A stretch of 64,000 nucleotides of DNA from Candidatus Heimdallarchaeum aukensis (GTDB lineage: Archaea > Asgardarchaeota > Heimdallarchaeia > Heimdallarchaeales > Heimdallarchaeaceae). Numbering within the stretch: the stretch's first letter is position 1; each line of letters starts with the position of its first letter. The notes beneath the pieces were generated by a model. That model did not search any database. It worked only from the letters and a program-made list of their open reading frames with translations, and was not told the origin of the DNA. The translations under genes and the position numbers were made by a program. Shown one piece after another: positions 57,576 to 64,000 of the stretch. The stretch is from the NCBI GenBank assembly GCA_021513695.1, contig CP084166.1:992001-1056000 (forward strand), written 5' to 3'.

Positions 57576-58520
57576 TTATAAAATAAAATAAGTTATAACC
57601 AAGATTTCTAGTGGAAGTAGAATCAAAGCAATTAATGTTAAAATCGTTATATATCTGCTTGTTATCGTCCCATCTAAGTTAAAATAGTTAGCGTAAGCAG
57701 TATTATTTACTGCAGGAGGAGAAAGACTTTGTATTATTAAAGAAACTTGAGCAGGAATTGCTAAAGGAAAGAAAAATATGGGTATTGTTGCTAATAACCC
57801 CCCTCCAAATCTGGTGACTATTCCTCGACTAATAGCTGCTTCCTTCCATTCTTGTTTTTTTGGGAATCTGAACTTTAATCCTACTAAAGCTAACATTAAA
57901 AACATTGTTACATCTCTGAAAATATTTACTCCAATGTTATTTGGAACAACGTTTCCTAAACTAACTCTCAAGATCGCTCCGATTATTAAACCTATAGAAG
58001 GTGGAAATAAGAGCATCCCTCTCATTATTTTCCATAGAGACTTTCCTTCAGTAGAACCAAAATAAATACCAATAAAAACGCCCAAACTGTTTCTAAGGAT
58101 CACATTAACTATTAGAAAAATAGAAGCAGCGAGTAATCCATCATTACCTACTAAACCTATGATTATTGGAAAAGGGTAAAAAAGACTGTTCATAAAACTT
58201 ACTGCACTAATTTCAGCTCCTTTTTGTGTATTAGTCATATCTAGTCTGTTTCGTATCCACAACCAATCTATAATCATAGAAAAAATGCAAGTTAGAATAC
58301 CAACTAGTACAATATAACCCCAAGATATTGATGTATCATCAATTCCTAACATTACAAAAATGAGAAGAACAGGAGTAAGAATATTTAAACCAATGAAAGT
58401 CAACCATTTACTTAATTTTTCAGAGTTTTTTAAAAATTGGAGAAGAAAACCAGCTAATATTCCTCCGTAGATAGTACCTATTCTAATAGCTAGTTCAGTA
58501 ATATAATGCATTAATCTCAT
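57576..58520 (-). CDS. Membrane transporter, AEC (auxin efflux carrier/malate permease)-like family
   Basis: About 10 TM helices in two halves, about 310 aa. Family assignment rests on size and topology only. Confidence 0.45.
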   Translation of the reverse strand: MRLMHYITELAIRIGTIYGGILAGFLLQFLKNSEKLSKWLTFIGLNILTPVLLIFVMLGIDDTSISWGYIVLVGILTCIFSMIIDWLWIRNRLDMTNTQKGAEISAVSFMNSLFYPFPIIIGLVGNDGLLAASIFLIVNVILRNSLGVFIGIYFGSTEGKSLWKIMRGMLLFPPSIGLIIGAILRVSLGNVVPNNIGVNIFRDVTMFLMLALVGLKFRFPKKQEWKEAAISRGIVTRFGGGLLATIPIFFFPLAIPAQVSLIIQSLSPPAVNNTAYANYFNLDGTITSRYITILTLIALILLPLEILVITYFIL

Positions 58521-58957
58521 TTCTTTGATTTTATAGTCTTTTTTAAATTTACTTTTTAACGAAATTTTAATACAAAGAGTCTATTTTACTAATGCATAAT
58601 AAAACTATTTTTCTATAGATATTAGTGAATAACTATTAAAGCATTAAATGAACTTGCAAGTTTTAACTAGGTCATCTAAATGCGAACAGAAATAAAAAAA
58701 TTGATTCTAACGAACCAGATTTACAAACATTAACCTAAGAAAAATAATATGAAAAATCAGTAAAAGATATTCAGAAACATTTATTAAAGCTCTTAGAGCA
58801 GACAGACGAGAATAAGAACTTACTTTTGTAGAATCAATGGAAGAAGAAAAAGAAGAATTAGCTATATGAACCTATTAAGACGAGCTGCAACCGAAAGAAT
58901 TGATTTAAGTTAACTATTACGAAAACTATTAATGCTAATGAAGCTATAGTTACTATA

Positions 58958-59200
58958 GTGTATATGTCAACGACAATTCAAATAAAGAAAGAGACAAAAG
59001 AAGCTCTCTTTAATATAAAAAACAGATTAGAAAGAGAATTAGGTCGTCGTTTAAGTTATGACGAGGTTATAGAATATTTATTAGAAAAAAATGAATCCAC
59101 CTTTCCAAAAAAAGTATTAAGTGAATTTGCAGGAACGCTTGAGACTGAAGCCAAAGAAATATACGCTAATTTACGGAAGGAATATAGAGAAAATGACTAG
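58958..59200 (+). CDS. vapB: VapB-like antitoxin
   Basis: An 80-aa protein reading TIQIKKETKEALFNIKNRLERELGRRLSYDEVIEYLL. Its stop overlaps the downstream PIN gene start in an ATGACTAG arrangement. Confidence 0.45.
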   Translation: MYMSTTIQIKKETKEALFNIKNRLERELGRRLSYDEVIEYLLEKNESTFPKKVLSEFAGTLETEAKEIYANLRKEYREND

Positions 59201-59660
59201 TCGCTCCCTAAAAGCTAAAGCTGCAGTTGTGGATACTGGTGTTCTGTTGGAGTATTTGACTTTAGACAAGACAAAAAAAGATTCAAGAAAATATTTTAAT
59301 TATTTGAATTCAGAATTATTCCAAAATCATAATTATAAACAAATATTCATTTCTTTTTTGACAAAAACGGAACTTTTGTATATAAGTTGTAGAATAAAGG
59401 GCTGGAGAAAAGCAAAAGAGTATGTAAGCAGCCTTGTAAATTCTTTTATTATTGTATCTAATGATGAAATTGATGAACTTGCAGCTTTGATAAAATGCAA
59501 AATCCCTATTGCGCTACCTGATTGTTTTAATTTAGCAATAGCTAAAATCTATAAAATACCAGCTTACTTTCTAGAAGAAAAAGAATTATCATCCCAAACA
59601 CAAAGAAAAATAATAACTGAATTAAATATCGATTTACACATTATTCAAAAAAGAGTATAA
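59193..59660 (+). CDS. vapC: PIN-domain toxin (VapC-like)
   Basis: MTSRSLKAKAAVVDTGVLLEY carries the first PIN acidic residue in a VVDTgV context. The ATG at 59193 overlaps the vapB stop. Confidence 0.6.
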   Translation: MTSRSLKAKAAVVDTGVLLEYLTLDKTKKDSRKYFNYLNSELFQNHNYKQIFISFLTKTELLYISCRIKGWRKAKEYVSSLVNSFIIVSNDEIDELAALIKCKIPIALPDCFNLAIAKIYKIPAYFLEEKELSSQTQRKIITELNIDLHIIQKRV

Positions 59661-59680
59661 CAGCTTTAATTCATTTCTCT

Positions 59681-60247
59681 TTACCACTGATTAATCACTT
59701 TCTCAGCAAAACCTAATAATTTGTCTACTTTAACCTCTGTTCCATCATCTAAAATGACTTTTCCAGTAAAATATCCAAAAACTTGATGTTGAACTGATTT
59801 AAAAATCAGCAAGTTTACTTTTGAATTTCTGTCTATAATGGGTTCGAAATCCATTTCAAATCTTCCATCATTGCTTGTGAATTTCCAAGGTTTCAAGTAA
59901 TCAGATTCATCTATGTGAAAAGTAATCTGATCAAGTTTGTGTCCTTTGTTATTGTAATAGAAAATGTTCTCTGTTGCTGCAGAAGTGTCACCAAAACCAT
60001 ATCCTATATTAAAACCTACAGAAACACCATCTTGTATTCCTGAAGCTGAACCCCAGTACCAGATGTCTTTATAAGGCCAAACTCCCCTTCCCCAATCCAA
60101 TACCGCAAAACTATTCTCTTTTTTAAAGCTATACTCTTTATTACCATATTTTACTGTCCCTTCAGTAGGCATACAGTTAATTTTTTGATTATAGTAGAAG
60201 CATTTAGGTTTATTTTTCCAAGGAGTGGCGATAACCATTGTATCCAT
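59681..60247 (-). CDS. Truncated tandem paralog (C-terminal 188 aa) of the downstream 343-aa protein
   Basis: MDTMVIATPWKNKPKCFYYNQKINCMPTEG... is nearly identical to residues ~156-343 of ORF 60450..61481. Confidence 0.5.
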   Translation of the reverse strand: MDTMVIATPWKNKPKCFYYNQKINCMPTEGTVKYGNKEYSFKKENSFAVLDWGRGVWPYKDIWYWGSASGIQDGVSVGFNIGYGFGDTSAATENIFYYNNKGHKLDQITFHIDESDYLKPWKFTSNDGRFEMDFEPIIDRNSKVNLLIFKSVQHQVFGYFTGKVILDDGTEVKVDKLLGFAEKVINQW

Positions 60248-60449
60248 GCCTTTATAGATTCACAATAGTAAGCAACAGAAAAATTGATTTACGATAGCAA
60301 CTCCGAAATTTTATAACACTAGCTACGATCTATAATATTGCTTACTTTCTGAACTAAAAAAGTAATCTTGCTCAATAAAAGGAAGTTATAACTAAACTAA
60401 ATATCACTTGACATAAGAAAAAAAATTAATCAATTTTGTTTCACGTTTT

Positions 60450-61481
60450 TTACCATCGATTCATCACTTTCTCAGCAAATCCTAATAGTTTGTTTATTTT
60501 TACCTCTTTTCCATTGTCTAAGATTACTTTTCCTGTAAAATAACCAAAAACTTGGTGTTGTACTGATTTGAATATGAGAAGATTTACTTTTGAATTTCGA
60601 TCAATTATTGGCTCAAAATCCATTTCAAACCGTTCATCGTTACTAGTGAATTTCCAAGGCTTAAGGTAATCTGTTTCATCTATATGAAAAGTAACTTGAT
60701 CGAGTTTGTGTCCTTGATTATTGTAATAGAAAATATTTTCTGTAGCTGCAGAAGTATCACCAAACCCATAACCTATATTGAAGCCTACAGGAACCCCATC
60801 TTGTATTCCTGAAGCTGACCCCCAATACCAAACATCTTGGTATGGCCAAACTCCTCTACCCCAATCAAGAACTGCAAAACTGTTGTTTTTCTCAAAAATG
60901 TATTCTTTATCGCCATATTTTACTTTTCCTTCTGTAGGCATACAATTTATTTTCTGATTATAATAGAAACATTTAGGCTTATTTTTCCACGGAGTGGCAA
61001 TTACCATAGTATCCATATTTGGTTCTTGATGAAGTAAAAGTTCTCCTTTGATATCTGATTTTTTAGTAAAATTGGGAAAATTAAATCTAATTATCCTTTG
61101 TTCATTCTTCTTTTCTATATTTATACTCAGTTTTTTGCCTTTATACTTAATATCACCAAAATCAGAAGAAAGAGGTAAGTTTGTTCTACCTCTTGTGAAT
61201 AACTTCATTTCTTCTCCTGTAACAAAAGTTTTTTTCTTAAAATCTAACCAGACTATATTATATAATCCCATTATCCCTAAATCAGCTATAGTAAAGGTGA
61301 TCGCATAATCTGGATGAATAACAGCATAATAATCCCATTCTTTTATTCTGAACCATTTTTTCCTAATTTTTTCTCTATTGTATTTTAAATAAGGTTTCCT
61401 TGACCAACCTTTGTAGTTCAAGTGGCCTTTTTCATTTAGTAATTCTCCTTCTGAAATTATCTCATTTTGAGTAGACATCAC
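60450..61481 (-). CDS. Hypothetical 343-aa protein (W/Y/G-rich beta-type domain), full-length copy
   Basis: Contains WGRGVWPYQDVWYWGSASGIQDGVPVGFNIGYGFGDTSAA. No assigned family. Confidence 0.5.
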   Translation of the reverse strand: MMSTQNEIISEGELLNEKGHLNYKGWSRKPYLKYNREKIRKKWFRIKEWDYYAVIHPDYAITFTIADLGIMGLYNIVWLDFKKKTFVTGEEMKLFTRGRTNLPLSSDFGDIKYKGKKLSINIEKKNEQRIIRFNFPNFTKKSDIKGELLLHQEPNMDTMVIATPWKNKPKCFYYNQKINCMPTEGKVKYGDKEYIFEKNNSFAVLDWGRGVWPYQDVWYWGSASGIQDGVPVGFNIGYGFGDTSAATENIFYYNNQGHKLDQVTFHIDETDYLKPWKFTSNDERFEMDFEPIIDRNSKVNLLIFKSVQHQVFGYFTGKVILDNGKEVKINKLLGFAEKVMNRW

Positions 61482-61621
61482 TTTAACAATCTTTTAAAAT
61501 TCAAATATTTTTCTATAAGGGGATTCAAGATATTCAAAGATTAGAATTATAGTGTTTAATCATTTTGAATAATAAATCATCGAAAATTAAGTATATATTA
61601 GTAAACTGGAATTTTATTTAG

Positions 61622-62299
61622 ATGTTTAATGTAAGATTTCCAACTTCTCTCAATGAAGCTAGAAAATTTCAACAAATTGTATCCCAACAAATCTCCCTCA
61701 AAGATGAATTTGGAGATATTAACTATATTACCGGATTAGATATCTCTTACAAGAATAAAAGAGCTTATGGCGCAGCAATTGTTTATGATTGCAAAAATAA
61801 GAAAGTAATTGAGAAAAAAAGAGTAGAAATGTTACCAAAATTCGAATATGTCTCAGGATTTCTTTTTATGCGAGAGGTGCCAATATTTCTAAAATTAGTA
61901 GACCAACTAGTAAATCAATCTGATTTATTTCTTGTAGATGGGCACGGAATAGCTCATCCTGCTTATGCAGGGTCAGCTACCGTTTTTGGGTATTTCATAA
62001 AAAAGCCTGTAATTGGAGTAGCAAAAGCTCCAATGAATGTTTTTGAATTTGGAAGTGAAGAAAAAAGAGAAGATTTTCTTATAACAAACCTTTATGTAGG
62101 AAAAAGACTTGTTGGAAAAAAGATAGCTTACAAAGATAAAAATTGGAAACCAATTTATGTTTCACCAGGTAATAACATTTCAATTTCTTCTTCCTTAGAT
62201 GTAGTTATTAACTTGCTTGACTCAAAGCACAAGCTTCCTAAACCACTATTGCTTGCTCATCTAGCAGCAAATGAGTACAAAGAAAACATATATCATTAA
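61622..62299 (+). CDS. nfi: Endonuclease V
   Basis: ITGLDISY...AAIV...YVSGFLFMREVP...LFLVDGHGIAHPAYAGSATVFGY...VIGVAKAPM matches EndoV conserved blocks (D-x-SY, PYvPG.L.fRE, DG.G..HPR..G.A.H.G, iGvAK). Confidence 0.8.
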   Translation: MFNVRFPTSLNEARKFQQIVSQQISLKDEFGDINYITGLDISYKNKRAYGAAIVYDCKNKKVIEKKRVEMLPKFEYVSGFLFMREVPIFLKLVDQLVNQSDLFLVDGHGIAHPAYAGSATVFGYFIKKPVIGVAKAPMNVFEFGSEEKREDFLITNLYVGKRLVGKKIAYKDKNWKPIYVSPGNNISISSSLDVVINLLDSKHKLPKPLLLAHLAANEYKENIYH

Positions 62300-62460
62300 C
62301 ACAATTGTCCTTCCAAAACTAATAAATAAAATCGCGCTTTTTAAGAAGCATTATCACAAATAATTTCATTGATTCTTCAACCATAAAACTTTGTTTGCAA
62401 CACTTTAAAAAAGAAATAAAAAGGAAAAATAGTTTTAGATTTGGAGTTTAATCTTAGATT

Positions 62461-63888
62461 TTACTTTTTTAAGTTAAATACAAGGCTTTTAACAGTCATG
62501 GGATAAACTTGACCTGAATAGAGAGGTTCTCCAATATCTATCCAGTCTCCTTCTTCTAATTCTATTTCATCAAGGCACATGAAATTATTTTGAAGCGATG
62601 TTTCTCTCTTAAGAGTTAGTCCCACCGTTCCTCCTATGTCTTCTTTAAAAATCAAAATGATCAGTTTGTTGTTACTAATTGAATTAGCAAATGAAGTTTC
62701 TAGTGCTTTTGCAAAAGATTTTATGTAATATTCGCTTCGATAAATCGGTTCGTCAAAAAATAGTGCTACAATATCCTCTCCTTCTTTCATATCAAATTTC
62801 AAATAAGCTTGATGAATAGCCTTTTTTGTCTTTTCGATACTAAATTCTTTTTTGTTCAAGTTTACTTTAATTACTGGAATATTTTTTATAGGTAAGTTCA
62901 AATTTCTATCAACATAACAAGTAGATCCGGAAACAGTGAGTGAAAATGAACCCGCTCCAATAACTGTTGCTCTAATGGTATTTTCAGGTTCAATTAGGGG
63001 AATATCCTTCTCTTTAATCAGTTTTTTTATCTCTTTTGCAAGTCTTTTTCCTATATCATCATATTCTATTGTTTCTTTTCCGTAGATATATTCAGCTACT
63101 CCTCCAGAAAAGGAAAAACCATCTATTTTTACTGAATAATCTAAATCTTCAGTCATCATAAGCTTTTTTGCTATTGTACTTTTTGCTGGACCTAAAAGAA
63201 CTTCGATTAAAACTTCTGCGTAAGTTTTTACTATCTTTTGAATATCACCCTCAGATATTGTATCTCCAACTTGATAACTCAATCCTAATTGCTGCATAAT
63301 AAACTCTGTAGGCTCATCTATTCTCGTAATTTTATAATTCTTATCTACACCAAGTAATCTCCCTCCAATATTAATGCATGCAGTGCTTAACACATCTCCA
63401 CAAGAAGCTATAGCTAAGTTACTTGTTCCTCCTCCAACATCTACATTCATATATGTTTTTTGATCAATTTCTGAGCGAGAAACAATACCACTTCCCATCG
63501 CTGCTAGATAAGATTCAAAATTAGGACCCGCAGTAGCACTGACAAACTTACCTGATTCAGAAGAAAGACGTTGCACTATCTCTTCTGCATTCTTTTTCTT
63601 TGCTGTTTCTCCTGTTATAATCACTGCTCCAGAATTAACCATTTCCTTTTTTATACCAGCTCTTTTATATTCGCTTTGAAAGAAAGAGATTAATTTCTCA
63701 ATATCTATAGTAAAACGGTCAAGCAAAGGAGTATCAATTATTTTCCCTTCATAAATAATTTCTCTATTAGTGAGATGAAATCTGTTCGTCATATTAAGAA
63801 AATTTCTTTCTCTTTGATATGATAAGCGTGAAAAAAATAAATGAGAGGTAGAAGAACCCACATCTATCCCCACACTTAGCAAGGTCAT
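62461..63888 (-). CDS. EutA-like ASKHA-fold ATPase (ethanolamine-utilisation reactivase family)
   Basis: LSVGIDVGSSTSHLFFSRL, SGAVIITGETAKKKNA, VSATAGPNFESYLAAMGSG, VDVGGGTSNLAI and GDVLSTACINIGGR follow E. coli EutA block by block. Confidence 0.7.
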   Translation of the reverse strand: MTLLSVGIDVGSSTSHLFFSRLSYQRERNFLNMTNRFHLTNREIIYEGKIIDTPLLDRFTIDIEKLISFFQSEYKRAGIKKEMVNSGAVIITGETAKKKNAEEIVQRLSSESGKFVSATAGPNFESYLAAMGSGIVSRSEIDQKTYMNVDVGGGTSNLAIASCGDVLSTACINIGGRLLGVDKNYKITRIDEPTEFIMQQLGLSYQVGDTISEGDIQKIVKTYAEVLIEVLLGPAKSTIAKKLMMTEDLDYSVKIDGFSFSGGVAEYIYGKETIEYDDIGKRLAKEIKKLIKEKDIPLIEPENTIRATVIGAGSFSLTVSGSTCYVDRNLNLPIKNIPVIKVNLNKKEFSIEKTKKAIHQAYLKFDMKEGEDIVALFFDEPIYRSEYYIKSFAKALETSFANSISNNKLIILIFKEDIGGTVGLTLKRETSLQNNFMCLDEIELEEGDWIDIGEPLYSGQVYPMTVKSLVFNLKK

Positions 63889-63919
63889 ATATTCTTTCGA
63901 ATCAATTTCTGTAGAATGT

Positions 63920-64000
63920 TTAGTTTCGCTTTGCTCTTCTTTCCTTTCTTCTGAAAATGTTTTCTCTAATAACTTTATTTTTTCTGGTGCTTTCCTTATA
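63920..64000 (-). CDS. 3' end of a minus-strand gene that runs off the window
   Basis: The reverse frame reads ...YKESTRKNKVIRENIFRRKERRAKRN*, with a stop about 35 nt upstream of the EutA-like start. Too short to assign. Confidence 0.2.
   Translation of the reverse strand, partial: YKESTRKNKVIRENIFRRKERRAKRN

Noticed and set aside
4489-58065. Many short antisense or nested ORFs from the six-frame track
   Set aside because: These are 2761..2952, 4489..4743, 5795..6070, 7787..8026, 9095..9304, 9917..10255, 10152..10424, 10833..11033, 13157..13366, 13500..13718, 18151..18405, 29045..29404, 30236..30421, 30500..30682, 31690..31929, 37867..38067, 39233..39430, 40179..40400, 41950..42270, 45137..45397, 46434..46652, 46886..47068, 47538..47741, 48936..49163, 49725..49910, 49990..50187, 51535..51735, 55460..55687, 55799..56005 and 57778..58065. 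Each is embedded in or antisense to a longer motif-supported CDS and shows the F/L/I/K/S-rich composition expected from AT-rich DNA.
60837-61308. Plus-strand ORFs 60837..61037 and 61048..61308
   Set aside because: They are antisense to the well-supported 343-aa minus-strand gene, which has a duplicated paralog confirming its frame.

Overview
This is a 64 kb AT-rich (about 30% GC), gene-dense window that looks archaeal and most plausibly Asgard/Lokiarchaeia-like. The organism call is inference from eukaryote-like small GTPases, a Roadblock/LC7 gene, archaeal-style TATA promoters, a ttttaaata box and many zinc-ribbon membrane proteins. The left 20 kb holds ordinary metabolic, transport and surface genes: a SAM methyltransferase, a creatininase-family amidohydrolase, MFS and ABC transporters, HAD and C-N hydrolases and a beta-helix surface protein. 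Positions 20.8-30.7 kb hold a eukaryote-like signalling cluster: a Roadblock/LC7 protein, a small GTPase, a 1535-aa receptor-like surface protein with a cytoplasmic tail, and a convergent pair of Rag/Gtr-like GTPases. There are two IS200/IS605-family TnpB-only elements. The copy at 4.9-6.2 kb is frameshifted and has lost its RuvC-I Asp and zinc finger; the copy at 31.3-32.8 kb looks intact. Two further solo copies of their shared promoter/leader sequence sit at 38.6 and 41.1 kb. Positions 35-54 kb read as a defense/accessory island. It contains a HEPN protein, a divergent tRNA-guanine transglycosylase (TGT/DpdA-like) gene in an operon with an AtaT/TacT-type GNAT toxin, a Type II restriction-modification pair, and an uncharacterised four-gene minus-strand operon. 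That operon encodes a 973-aa protein, a 1153-aa P-loop protein, a 636-aa split ABC ATPase and a 339-aa partner. The right end carries a CPBP protease, a flavodiiron protein, VapBC, a tandem partial gene duplication, endonuclease V and an EutA-like protein. I found no rRNA, no canonical tRNA and no CRISPR array. One GC-rich intergenic island (22.2-22.4 kb) is a candidate structured ncRNA. The six-frame track uses alternative start codons, so several N-termini are approximate.
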